Origin: Amoebidium appalachense
Lineage: Eukaryota; Protista; Ichthyosporea
Length of the DNA stretch: 64,000 bases
Direction of reading: 5' to 3'
Assembly (NCBI GenBank): GCA_963693365.1
Contig: CAVNZM010000005.1
Location: forward strand, 11,307,728 to 11,371,727
Shown piece after piece: positions 1 through 13,056 of the stretch (positions are counted from its first letter, which is position 1; every line of letters begins with the position of its first letter). The notes under the pieces were generated by a model, which saw nothing but the letters and a program-made list of their open reading frames with translations, was not told the origin of the DNA and did not search any database. Both the position numbers and the translations under genes were made by a program.

Positions 1-1605
1 CGCACCGATCGAAATTGCACCCCACTGGACAGGCGCAACCGTCGGTCTAGGGGGCCAGGTGCGTGTCTTGGACCCGATTATTTGCATTTTTATTCTTTTT
101 TTCTCCGTTTTCCTTTGTTTTCGTTGTGGGTGACGTGGGTGATGGGCTGGGGGTTGAGATTAGGGGAGGGTGGGTGCCGGTAGCAGCAAGAAGTGTGCAA
201 CTATGGTTTGGGGCGCTGAAGAGTGCCATACATATTGCAGTTGGAATATGTGTCTAACGAGAAACTTGGTAAAATAGCCTGTGTGGGCTAGGCTTATACT
301 AAATTTATGATGTGATATGTTTGATTCCGACCTGCACACACATCTGTGAAAACTTAAAAAGAGTTGATAGGCCAAGAGTCCGGGTTACCATATATGGAGT
401 GCATGCATTTCCTATGTGGCTCGTGTGGGCTGCTACAAGGGATTCATTACCCACACCAGCCACGGCCTTTTGTGTTACAGTCTGGGTGATGTCTGAGTCC
501 TTGTGAGAGAGATGGCTGTGTATCATACCCCCCTCCCCCCCCCCCCCCCCCCCCCGCGCCCCCCTTTTCCCCACATCTTTCCAAATTCTCCACGTTTTGC
601 GCTGTCTTGGCATGAATGTGTGGTGCTTGTTTGTGGAGACGTTTCAACTCATCTTAACAGGGGAGTGTACAGAGTTGTGTGTGCTTACACCTCTTTTTTT
701 TTTTTCTTTTTTTTTTTTTGTTTGTTTGTTTGCTTGTTTGTTTGTTTGTTTGTTTGCAGTATTATGTGGGGAAGTCGTTTGTCGCCACTGCAAGTTCCGC
801 AACGGGGACCAATCAAAAACGTGCATCCACCGAGTGAGCATGTGTGCCTGTTTAGCTGGCTCGTAGCAGAGGAGGGCAAATTTAAATGTTTTGCATGCAT
901 GTTTTAAATTGGTAATCGCACAGGAAGTCACCAAGGAGTATTTTGATAGGTTTTATTGACAGTTGTCAATTATATACTTGTGACATACTTAAGAAAAAAA
1001 CCTTGCCACAACCAAAATAGTTCGTTTTCAAAGTTTAGTTTGATATGATTTTTGACTAGAAAAAAGGATTAAGTGTGTGTGTGTGTGTGTTGTGGTGGTG
1101 GTGGTGGTGGTGGTTGTTGGGGGGAGGGGAGCTGTGTATTTGGTTACTATTAGCAGACAAACGTGATGTTTGAACCATTGAATGTATGTATGTATGCTTT
1201 GTATTGTAAGATGGTGTGCTTCCAAAAATAACCAGTCCTGTAGTCTATGTGATTAGTCTCCCAGGCTTGTACCGCTAGCTTACGTGAGGCCAGGCCTACT
1301 TCACTGTGACCACATACAAGGTGTGTCAGAGAGGCCACAGGGAGACAGCACTCAAAGTGACTACTGTATGCGTGTGTGTGGTGGCCATAGCATTACACAA
1401 CAGCGGGCATGTGGTTACTCACGAGGAACACATTCCCAATGCAAGAGGTGTGCCTCTTTCGACTAGTGAAAGTGTGCTTATTCAAAACACAGAACCAACC
1501 AACAAAACCTAACCCCCCCCCCCACCCTCGGAGCTGCCAAATGTGTTGTTTTCTGTTTTCTTCATATTAATTTCTTTTGGTGGTGGTGGTGGTCGTGGCG
1601 TGTGT

Positions 1606-1659
<54 letters not shown>

Positions 1660-2191
1660 CTCTTGACGATTTGGACATTTTCACGTGCACGTGTACATCA
1701 ATAGCCGGAGCCCCAGTGCGAATTCTTGAACTCAGATCCATTGGTTTTTTCATTCAGATATCTGGTCTGCTGCTATAGAAGGTCTGCATGATAACAGATT
1801 CAAAGGGATTATATCGATATCATAATGTGTGCAAATGTGACGTGTGTTTGCGTGTATGTCTACATATCATGCATATCCATCGTGCAAGCTCGTATATGGA
1901 AGTGGTTGGTAGTGGTACTATGTGATAGAATAAGTATTCGAGAGGAATAGGCAGGAAAAATGACGTCTCAATAAATCACTGTCCCGCAATGTGCTTGAAC
2001 CCCCCCCCCCCCCCAAAAAAAAAAAAAAAAAAAAGGAAGAAAAAAAAAAGAAAAAAAAAAAAAAAAAAGAGAACAAGAAAAGAAAAACATGCACACACCC
2101 TTAAGAAAGACAAAAACAAAAAACACCCTGTTCACCAACCAGAAGAAAAGCTACCACCGGAGCCTCGGCATCCACGACACAACCCCCTAAC

Positions 2192-3943
2192 CTATTCACC
2201 CTCCCCCTCCCCCTCCCCCTCTATGGGTGGGGCCAAACTCGGTAGTTGGTATGCCGCTATATTGCTATGCATCTGTCGCCACACAAACTCAGGCACATAT
2301 GCAGACCACCCCTGCCCCTCACTCACATCCACCGGGCGAGTAATACTGCACGACTTTTCGCACGTGTACACACCCAGAATCCCCCAATCAATATCAAGTT
2401 TTAAAAAGTAAAGTATCTGCGGAAGGATCTGGAACTCGAGAACACGCTTCCCGCCGCACTGTGTGCACTTTGAAATGTCGGTGTCCGTCGGAATACCCTC
2501 CTCGCTCACCCACAGAGCGCCATCAGGTACATCACGCACGTGCCTGATCACCTGATCTGGATTCTTCTTTATCCTTTTTTGGAAATTCAGGAAAACTCGA
2601 TCCTTCTTCACCTCATTCTCGTCGAAAGGCAATTCATCTTCCTCCATAGACTTTGCTCCCTCCTGCGCTCTTTCCTTATTTAGCGCTTCTGACGCCCTTC
2701 GAAAATCGTCCATCCTCTGTTCCTCATCCTCCTCCTCCTCCTCCTCCCCCTCGTTCAGTACTTCTTCCTCCACAACGAGTTCAAATTCCGGTAAAATTGA
2801 TCTTCCGATTATCGACTGATTGGACCCCCAATCACCCGATTTACCGCCGCATTCCGTCTTATGGCCCATATATTTCCAGTGGAGTGTTTGGTGCTCACGT
2901 GAGCAATAATTTACTGCCCTGCACTGACTGCAAGTGCTTGGGCCCCGGCACCCACACACAGCACATACCGGCCCGTATTTGGCAACATCGCGAATTTCCA
3001 CCTCCCTTTGGGGGGGTTCAGGGGCCGGATCATATCCAAAAAACTCGTTTTCCCGTGGAAGTTGGCCGCGGAATGCACGGATGCACTCGGAGCCGCGTGT
3101 GTGGCAGTTGGGGTCAGTGCAGAGAAACACGTAGACGGCACGGTGGAACTGGTCTGGTAACTCCTCAAGGGGGGCATACACCTGTGTGTGTGTGTGTGTG
3201 TGTTGTAGGGGCGGCGGTGGTGGTAAAGGGGTAAGGATGCGGGGGGGGGGGGGGGGGGGGGGGGGGGTGGGGATGTATGCGTTAGAGGGTTGAAAATATG
3301 GAGGAGACAACAAAGAGCAACAAAAAAGCGTCACAAAAGTGGGAAACCCAAAATCAAACAAATTAAACGTGCAGGCAGAAGACACTTGACGAGAGACCAT
3401 CATCAGGGGGGTTCCTATGCCTCCGGAAGATTAGGGATGTTAGGTATAATCTCAGGACCGGGATCGAGCAGCGGGTTGGAGGGAGGAGAAGAGAGCCGTG
3501 AAAGAGGGGGGGGGGAGAAGGGGGGAAGGGGGCGGAGGGATCACCGAGTGGAAGGCGGTGAGAGGGGGGATAGAAAGGTTGGAGACCGGAGGGGGCTGGG
3601 GGAAGCTAGAAAACGGCGGGGAGAGGAGGGGGGAGGGAGGGGGAGGGAGAGAGGACGTGTGGGGTGGGGGGGGGGGGGGGGGGGGGGGAGAGGGGAAGAA
3701 GTTGGGGGGGGGGGGGAGAGGGGGCGGGGGGGGGGGGGGGGGAGGGAGGAAGAAGAGGTGTGGTCCGGGGATCTGGGGGGTTCACGAGCAGGAAGAAAGA
3801 ACAGCACTCGTGCACACATAACCCGAGCAAGCCAGAGCAGATCTAGACCGCACGCACACACACAACCGCAGAAGCACATATGAGTACCCATGCTTGTTCA
3901 TGCACACGCCCAAACGTACACGCACGCACGCATGCATGCACAC

Positions 3944-3979
<36 letters not shown>

Positions 3980-4074
3980 CACAACGTCAACCCACGCCCA
4001 ACGCACACACGCGCACACGGAAACCACGCACATGCACGCGTAAACAAACGCATGCACAGACACGCACACACACG

Positions 4075-4138
<64 letters not shown>

Positions 4139-4183
4139 GCACGCACGCACATGCACACTCACCCACCCCCTCCCCCCCCCCCC

Positions 4184-4214
<31 letters not shown>

Positions 4215-4436
4215 CTACTCACCCATCCACACATGCACCCACACACACACCTGCAGGCAGAAGGCCATAGGTTTAGAGCAGTAGGGGCAGCGCAGCTGGT
4301 CTGACAGGGGAAGGTCTCTCTGATTGAGCCATGCCGGCCGGCCCCCCGCTTTAGAGGGAAAATACTCAGCCCACAGCGACCAAGTGTGCTCGGGGGGCTC
4401 AAGAAAGCCAACATCTACGGGAATATCTTCGGCCAT
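2192..4436 (-). CDS. PDCD2: Programmed cell death protein 2 (zf-MYND + PDCD2_C; uS5/RPS2 chaperone family), 2 exons, ~391 aa
   Basis: Exon1 4436-4251 (MAEDIPVDVGF...PSKAGGRPAWL...CPYCSKPMAFCLQ, GT donor) joins in phase 0 to exon2 3181-2192 (VYAPL...FHRAVYVFLC; MYND finger CAVC..CSQC..YCSREHQTLHWK..HKTEC; PDCD2_C CTQCGGKRVLEFQILPQ..DWGILGVYTCEKSC..YVPEFVWRQ). Confidence 0.95.
3271..3424 (-). repeat. ~150-nt dispersed element in PDCD2 intron, paralogous to 55267-55414
   Basis: Colinear match (GGAGGCATAGGAACCCCCTGATGATGG...CAAGTGTCTTCTGCCTGC...TTCCCACTTTTG...AACCCTCTAACGCATACATC) followed by poly-C in both copies. Confidence 0.9.
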
Positions 4437-5350
4437 TTTTCCTTGTAGAGGCCCAGTGTGTTAGCTATACTCGTATTATTCCATATTTATTAAGGAAAAC
4501 GATGTCCAAGTGTATAGGTCGTAGCAGGAAGTGTGTGCACAAGTCAAATACACGTGCAAAATGCCCCGGGAAAACATTTAAATACTCAAGAATAGTCTAC
4601 ATTGAGTAATCTATTTTGAGAGCTTGTGTTGATGTTATGGTAAGAAGTACAAAGTTAATGACGACACGAAAAGAAAGACTAACGGTTTCTCGGAAATGTA
4701 TCTAAGTCTACTAGTTGTCAGCTGGCTGCGGCCGGGCTTCGCAATAAATAAAGTTTTTTGAAACAACAAAAAAAGTAGGGATATTGGTAACCTAATGTTT
4801 TGTGGAAACATGAAATGCAAAGTGCATACTCGCCCTCTTTATACCTCTCTTTCCCCTCACCATCCAGCCGTCAACCATGATCAGTGGGGCCACAGTACTA
4901 GTCACACCACCCCACACCAAAAAAAAACAAAAAAAACAAAAAAAACATGGCAGCTCACACTCGAGTGTACGCCGATGTTCCGTATTTTGCCACCAGTTTA
5001 TTGCAATTTCTCTCCACCATACTGTGACACCGGTGTCACTACTGGTACCCACCACTCCTTCAATTTTTGGCAATGAAACGTTGTACTCAAAGATGGGCTC
5101 AAAAAGATTTTTTGCTGGTATTTTTTTTTTCTCGTTTGCTTTGCTCCTCGTGTCTCGCTTGAAACTCTCTGTACAGGTTTATTCACATCAATACATCCCT
5201 TCCACCTCACGCATCTATCTTACAAACATGTGCAAATATCACCCTTGCCTTACTCATCTTTTTACGCCACCCAAATCACACCCCCATAACCCCTCACATC
5301 ATGCCACCCCCCTCTACCCCTTTGTTCCCGTCTCATTGCACATAATCCCA

Positions 5351-5676
5351 TCAGGCGTAGAACAGGCGGCTTGCCAGATTTGGAGCCAGAGCCCTACCAC
5401 TCTCCAGGCCATAGAGGCGTGCACGGTAGGAGGCCAGGTGTGCGTAGTAGGCGGGGGCAGGCACAGACACAGCACGAGCACACCTCTGGTACGTGTGGCA
5501 CAGGCGGTAGGTGAGGTCCTGGATGGCGTCAGAGGGGAACCCATTGTCGTCGTACATGACGTGGTAGTGGGTGGGCTTGCTGGTGCCCTTGAGGCCTGCG
5601 TGGCTGCACATGAAGAAATCATGCTCGAACGGGTGGGTGATGGTCGTGTCAACGACGGTGCCGGGGAGAAGGTTGC

Positions 5677-5724
<48 letters not shown>

Positions 5725-6433
5725 GGGGGGGAGGGGCGGGGAGGATCCTCGGGGGAAAGTTGCCGAGGGAGGGGGGGGGGGGGTGGGGGGGGGTGTTTCG
5801 GGAAGAGCAGGTTTATATCGATGAGATTTGTGAGGCCGGGGACAGGGGGTTGACGTGTGTGGCGGGGAGAAGGGGGAGGGGGAGGGGGGGGGGGGGGGAG
5901 GGAAGGGGAGGGGGGAGGGGGGGCGATGAAGTCATGTGAAGAAAAGGAAAAGCAGCAGTTAGGGTAGTACCCAGCACGTTTTTTTTGTTTTTGTTTTTTT
6001 TGTGGGGGGGGGGATGGGACTAATAGAACAAAATCGCCATTAATCTGCCTGCCCACTGACACACCTTCACACTCACCCCGATATCTGCTCCCACTTGTCG
6101 AAAATCCCCCTTTTCTCCTTCATTTTCCCCTCCTCCCCCATTTTAAGTTGCCTCTACCATCACTATCATTTGAATGCACACACTAGGGTACAAGTAAGTA
6201 AGAGATGAGCTGCTAGCAAATGTACGGTTTAAGCCTTGTGACAATCAAAGCATGTTTTATTAAGAGACATAAGGTGGTATGAGAGGGAAATGTGTGTGTG
6301 TGTGTTCGTGTTTGTTTGTTTTTTTGCTTTGTTTTTTTTTTGTTTTGTTTTTTTGGCAAAGGGGGGAGGGGGGGGGGGGGGGGGGGGGGGGGGCTCACTT
6401 TTGGTTTTTCTTTTTCTTTTTCTTTTTTTGCCT

Positions 6434-6471
<38 letters not shown>

Positions 6472-7068
6472 ACACTCACTTTGGGGTCACCGGCCTGGCG
6501 GTTGGAGGGGAAAATTCTTGCCCTGTTTCTCTTCTGGACGATAATAAACGTGATGGTGGGCTTGTAGTTGGGATCAAGACTACGGCATGCCCTACGCATG
6601 GCTGCAAGCTCAGTGCGGAAGACAATGTCGAACTGGCTCTCACCAACACCGTCACGGAACATGATGATGCGCTGGGTGTGTGGGGGGTTGGGTGGGTGTG
6701 CGTGTGTGGGTGTGTGTGAGGGGGGGGGGGGGGGGGGGGGTGAGGGGGGATGTTTGGGGGGAGGGGGGTTCCAGGGTGGAAAAAAAGGGGGGGGGGGGGG
6801 GGGGAGGGGGGTAGATTGTGTTACAGAAGAAGTAGGACATATTCATGACAGACAACATACAAATCTTGCAAACTATACAGATAAGATAGCATCATAAGCA
6901 GAACCCCTGCTCAGGGGTAGGAGGGGCAGCGATTAGGGATGGGAAGTGCAATAATATTAACTAGATCTAGGTACGGAGGGGAAACGGAGTGGGAGAACTT
7001 GAAGAAGGGGGGGTTTGAGATAGAAGAGAAGGTTGGGTGGGTGGGTGGGTGTTTTTTTTTTTTTTTTT

Positions 7069-7109
<41 letters not shown>

Positions 7110-7338
7110 CGGATAGGTGGACAAAAATGAAACAGGGATTTGCATATGAGAGGAAGCATATCCACAACAGATCACTGATCGTGCGAAGTAAAGGCGTAAA
7201 AGTATGCACAGGAACCTCAAAGAAAGACCCAGGTAGTCAAAAGGTGGGGAAACACCTGCCAGGTCACAATGTCCCGCATGTGTGCGTGTGTGCAGCAATT
7301 ATGGATTGTGTTGTAGCGATTGCAATTTTTTTTTTTTT

Positions 7339-7391
<53 letters not shown>

Positions 7392-7500
7392 GAAGGGTAT
7401 ATATTTACTTGGGGCTGGAGCTTTGTGGTCTTGAAGAACTCACGGAGCAGACGAACAGTGGCCTCCTGCATGTCTTTGATGATCTCCTGGCGGTGGGACT

Positions 7501-7532
<32 letters not shown>

Positions 7533-7641
7533 AAAAAAGAAATGAATGTTGAGTTTAGTTGCTAGTGTGCGTGTGATCACAAAAAGTGCAGGTGTTCATA
7601 AATTATTTATTATTTTTTTAAACTGCCACTGGTTGATTTTT

Positions 7642-7719
<78 letters not shown>

Positions 7720-8362
7720 CGGGGGGAGGCACAAAGAATTGGGTGGTGGTGGGAGGGGTGCAGGGAGGAATAGCCTCCAGGATGGTGTTAACCCTGTATA
7801 CCATATAGTCGGCAGCTCAGTCGGAGGAGAAGGGGAAGGGAGGGGGGGGGGGGGGGGGGGGGGGGGGGAGGGGGAGGGGGGGTGAATATGTAGTGGTATA
7901 TGTAGTGGTATACGTGGGAAAAAGGGGGCGGAGGGAGGGGGGGGGGAGAGGGGGGAGGGGAGCAGGGGTAGGGGGGGGGGGGGGGGGGGGGGGGGGGTCA
8001 CTTGATGGCGCACGACACAGTTGTACTTTGTTGCATTGCGGTCGAAGCTGCCCACAACAGCAGCAACACTGGCACTGTCTGTGTCGGCAGGTGGGGGGTG
8101 ATGCACATCTGCACCCATAACCATCGTGGGTTTGTCTCCGACACACGGAAGAACCTGTGGGGGAATGTGATTAGATATTAGTGAGGGTATGGGGCTCGGA
8201 TGGGGACAAAACAAAAACAATTTGCCCCCCCCCCCCCCCCCCCCTCCCCCTCTCCCTCCCTCCCCCCCCCCTCCCCCCCCCCCCCAAAAAAGAAAGATCT
8301 AAGTTAGTGTGCTCTCTCTCTCTCTCTCTTAACCCAAACACACATTCGTCGTTTGACAGCTT

Positions 8363-8405
<43 letters not shown>

Positions 8406-8780
8406 AAAAAAAAAGAAAAAATATGATAATAACCGTCCCGAGCACCCACCTGTGCCGGGTCTGTGTTCACTCCCCCCAGCTTCACATTTGTCTTGAGTGC
8501 CACGTTGAGCTGGTATGCAGGCCCACTCTTCTTTGCAAACCCAATCTTCTTGCCGTCAAGACACTGCGTCACAAGCCCAAGCTCTGTCTCGCAGATCTGT
8601 GTGTGTGTGTGTGGGGGGAGGGGGGGGGGGGGGGGGGGGAGGGGGTTGTTCAGTGGTGAAGTGGGGCAGGGGGGGGGGGGGGGGGGGGGGGGAGGGGGGG
8701 TCACTGAGGGGATGAATGGGTAGGTGGTTGTGTGGGTGTGTGGGTGTGGTAATGGTGGTGGCAGCCACTGGTGGGGGCCA

Positions 8781-8821
<41 letters not shown>

Positions 8822-11458
8822 GTTACTAAAGAGAGGTATGGTGGGGGATAGTATTGAGGGGTAATGTGGGGATACAAATGAGTTCTGCACATGTTGGTAT
8901 GGTCACGATACAATAGGATGATGTCTTTAATACATGATGCTAATATAGTGGTATGTGTTCTAGCATACGTTGGCCAAAATGTTTGATTACAGCATCGAAC
9001 TACCACAGGAAACAGACTGCTCGAATATCAAGATAGGGAACCCACCAAGGGGACAAGGGGGTAGGGCGGAGGAGAGAGTGGGGAAGGGGGGATTGAGGTG
9101 GGTGGGTGTGGGGGGGGCGGAGGGGGGGGGGGGGGGGGGGGGGGGCTAATTTTTTAATTTTCTATTTTTTATTTTTTATTTTATTTTTTTTACCTTCTTG
9201 ATATCGTCGTAACCAGGGCTGCGGTCATTGGGCAGAGTGATGAGGGCAATGGAGGGGGGCCTGTCTCTCAATTGGTCAAGGGAGTTGCGGATGCGCCTCA
9301 GATCTCCGTTAAGAATGGGTGGGGGACCCCCCACCTTCATGCCTGTGTGTGTGTAGTTGGGGAGGGGGGGAAGAAGGGGGGAGGGGAATGTAGGGTGGGG
9401 GGGGGGGTGGGGAGGGGGAAGGAGGGGCGAGGGGTAGGGGGGGGTGTTTGGGGGGGGAGGGGGGGGGGGGGGGGGGGGGGGAGGACAGGGGGCCTGGGAG
9501 TAGGGGAGGGGGTGTGGGGGGAGGGGGGGAGGTAGAAGAGGAAAGGGGGGAAAGATGTGTGCGGCCTGGGCGGGAGGCGGAGGGGGCGGGGGGGGGGGGG
9601 GGGGGGTGGGGGGGGGGGGAGGAGGTGAGGCGGTGATCAGTTACACGGTGTATGTTCTTTTAGAAAGGGCCCTTATAATGGGCCGGGACGGGGAGGGGGG
9701 GGGGGGAATGCGAGCGGGAGGTGAAAAAGGGGATGGAGAGAGAGTGTATGTGGTGGCCATGGCCGTGCGTGTGGGCCGGCAGGGGGGAGGGGGGGGGGGT
9801 TGAAGAGGGGGGGGGGTTTTTTTGGGGGGGGGGGGGAGGGGGAGGGAGGGGGAGGGGGGAGGAGGAAGAGAAAGCAAGAGTAGAAGAGAAGATAAAAAAA
9901 TAACCAAAGATGCCAAATCTAGGTAGAGATTTGCCAGCAAACCACACCGGGGGAGGGGAGGGGGGGGGGGGGGGGGAAGAGGCAGGGGGGAGGGCGGGGA
10001 GGGGGGGAGGGGAGGGCACACACACCTTTGGCCTGGCACGTTCTTGTGAACTGCACCAGCCACTCCTGCAGAGCGTCCTGACGGAGGGGGCCCCTTGGAT
10101 CGGCAAAGTTGATGCACACCCACGAGAGAATAGGTGCCGCTTCGAAGAAACGAACATCACTCAGATTCCACTGTCCGTTCTGGGGACGCATGGTGGTGTC
10201 CCTGCCTGTCTTGTCTTTGTATTTGAGCGCAGGCGACTCGAGGCCACGGCCACTGGTGTCGGCCATACGCTGGTCCATAATGACACCAAACTCCTGTGCG
10301 TGTACGTGTGTGTTGGAGAGTGGTTGGGGGGGGGGGGGGGGGGGGGGGGGAGGGGGGTGTAGGTGTACGGTGGAGGAGGGGGGCGATGGGTGGGTGTGGG
10401 AGCGGGAAGGGTAGAGGTTGTGTGGGGGGGTAGGTTGACGGGTTGGTGTGTGTGGGTGTGTGGGTGTGTGGGTGTGTGGGGGGGGGGGGGGAGATGTGTC
10501 GGGATAAGGTGAACGAATATAAGTCGGGAGGCTGGAGGGGAGAGGGTTGGAGAATGTGTTACAGAAGACCTAGGATAGGCAGGAGAGGACGAGGGAGGGC
10601 CGGGGGGGAAGGGAGGGAGGGGGAAGCGGGGGAGAGGAGGGGGGAGGATGGAATGGGGAATAAACGAGTATGTGAGCTTGCGTGCACATCTATGTAGACA
10701 ATCGGGTAAGGGGAAACAAGAATGGGGGGTGGGGGCAAAAGACACACAACCAAGTCATACACATGCCTTCACATAGGGGTCATTGGGGATGGCTGTGAGT
10801 GGGCGGCTTTGCATGAGTGTCTGCTCTTTGGGCCCAGGCATCTGTGTGGTGAAGTCAAGCATCTTTGTTCTCTGTTCACCAGTCATGGCACGGGTGTGCC
10901 TTTGGCCGGGCACAAGACGACACAGCTCCATGGGGAGGGAGATGAGTTTCTTGCCGCACTTGAGGCAGGGAAGGTGGGGGTACCTGGGGGGGTGGGAGAG
11001 ATGGGGGAGGGGGGGGGAGGGGGGAGGGGGGGAGGGGGAGGGGGGAGGGGGGGGGGATATGGGCAGGGGGAGGATGGGGGGGGGGGGGGGGGGGAGGGTA
11101 AAGGGGGCTAGATGGGCAGGGGTAATTAAGGAGTTTTGGGGGGGAGTGGGGAGGGGAAGTGGGGGGGTATGGCGGGATGGGAAAGGGGGGAGTTTTTTTG
11201 GGGGGGGGGAGAGGGGGGGGGGGGGATATGGAGTGTGTGAAGGACCGGGGGGGGGGGGGGGGGGGAGGGGTTAGTTGCACACTAATCCAACGAAATTTAT
11301 GATACAGCATGTGTGGAGATATAAGGGGAGGGTTGGGCATGCAGGTAGGAGAGTTGAAGCATTAAGGGAAGTTAATTACAGGAATGGGGCGTGTCGGCAG
11401 TGTGTGCGTTTTCGGACAGTATGTGTTGACCGGAGATGGAGGAAGGAGAGAGGGGGGG

Positions 11459-11509
<51 letters not shown>

Positions 11510-11693
11510 ATTGGCAAGAAATATCAAAGAAACAAAGTCGAAATAGGGCCGAGACAGATACTAAAGTAGATGATAACGAGGTGAGGAAAGAAGTGTTCTC
11601 CTCTTTTTTTTTTTCCTTATTCATTTTAGGTTTCTCTTCTTTCTTTCGTTTTTCTTTCTTTCTCTTTTTTTTTTTCTTTTTTTTTTCTTTTTT

Positions 11694-11734
<41 letters not shown>

Positions 11735-12324
11735 GCTATACTTGAGCTTGATGTTGTACTGCTGTGCAAAGTAGTCAGCCACGCTGATGACCGTACCGTC
11801 CCTATTGAACTTGTCTTGGTCGGCCCCCTGCCTGCCCAGCTCCATCACCTGATACTTGCGCCTGACCTGGCTGTGGTGCACCTCAACTCGCATCTTTTTG
11901 AGCTCGTACTGAATTTGGTCAACCTGGGGGGCAGAGGGGGGTAGGTGGACGGGGTTGGGGGGGGGGGGGGGGGGGGATGGTGTGTGTGTGAGGGGGGGGG
12001 GGGGGGGAAGTGGAGTTGGCGGGAGGAGAAGGGGGGGGGGAGCGGGGAGGGGGAGTGGTGGAGGTGGGGAAGGTGGGGGGGGGAGGGGGAGGGGTAAAGG
12101 GGAGGTGGGACGGGGTGGTTAGTTGAGGTGGAAAGGCTGGGGGGGTGCGAGGGGATGGGTGGGTGGGTGGGTGGGTGGGTGGGGGGGGGGGGGGGGGGGG
12201 GGGGGAGTGGGGGGGGAAATGACAGGCGGAAAAAAAAAAAAAAGGACGGAAAGAAAGACAAACCCCCCCCCCCCCCCCCGTGTGTAATCGTAAATTACCT
12301 TTCTTTCGTGTGTGTTTGGAGACA

Positions 12325-12357
<33 letters not shown>

Positions 12358-12857
12358 GGAGACCCCGGGAAGGGGGGGGGGGGGGGGGGTAGGTTAGAGA
12401 TAAAGAGTAAAACCCTATACCTGGTCTGGGTAGAGTCTCTGGCTGGGGTCCCACCTGCGCAACTTTTGCACACAATAGTCGATCACTGGGCCGGGCTTGA
12501 CCATGACCGTGGCTGCCGTGTCCAGGTTGAGGGCTAGGCCCCTCTCTGTGGGTCGCACAGAGATGAAGTTGCCTCGCCATACCTCGGCACCTTCACCGAG
12601 ATCGTCGACCTGTGTGGTATCGGAGGGGGTGTGAGGGGGTGCGTGAGTGTAGTGTGCGTTATTTACTTGCTTCCTTTTCTTTTTCTTTCTTTTTTTTTTC
12701 CCTTTCTTTCTTTCTTTCTTTCTTTCTTTTTTTCTTTTTTTTGAGGGGGGGGGGGGGGGGGGGGGAGAGAGGGGGGGGGGGGGGGGGGAAGCGGGGAACA
12801 TGGATGCCAATGGTTCTTTTCTTTTTTTTGCCCCTCTTCAGAGTTTTTTTTTTTTAA

Positions 12858-12898
<41 letters not shown>

Positions 12899-12947
12899 GG
12901 GGAGGGGGGGGGGGGGGGGGGATGCCACACAAAAGTCGTTTTGAGAA

Positions 12948-12980
<33 letters not shown>

Positions 12981-13021
12981 CGGTACAAGACAGAGAATTG
13001 CAAAGGGAAATACACACTCGG

Positions 13022-13056
<35 letters not shown>

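Noticed and set aside
1283-1470. Minus-strand exon-like pieces with GTGAGT and GTAAGC donors (ERGTPLALGMCSS/SHFECCLPVASL...)
   Set aside because: Phases can be joined, but there is no start, no recognisable homology and no convincing flanking exons.
2653-3234. 193-aa plus-strand ORF, and similar 23716-24582 minus-strand ORF
   Set aside because: Antisense shadows of PDCD2 exon 2 and the 1010-aa gene.
3271-3424. Hammerhead ribozyme suggested by CTGATGA/CTGAGGA in the dispersed elements
   Set aside because: No stem II followed by GAAA and no matching cleavage-site geometry was found.
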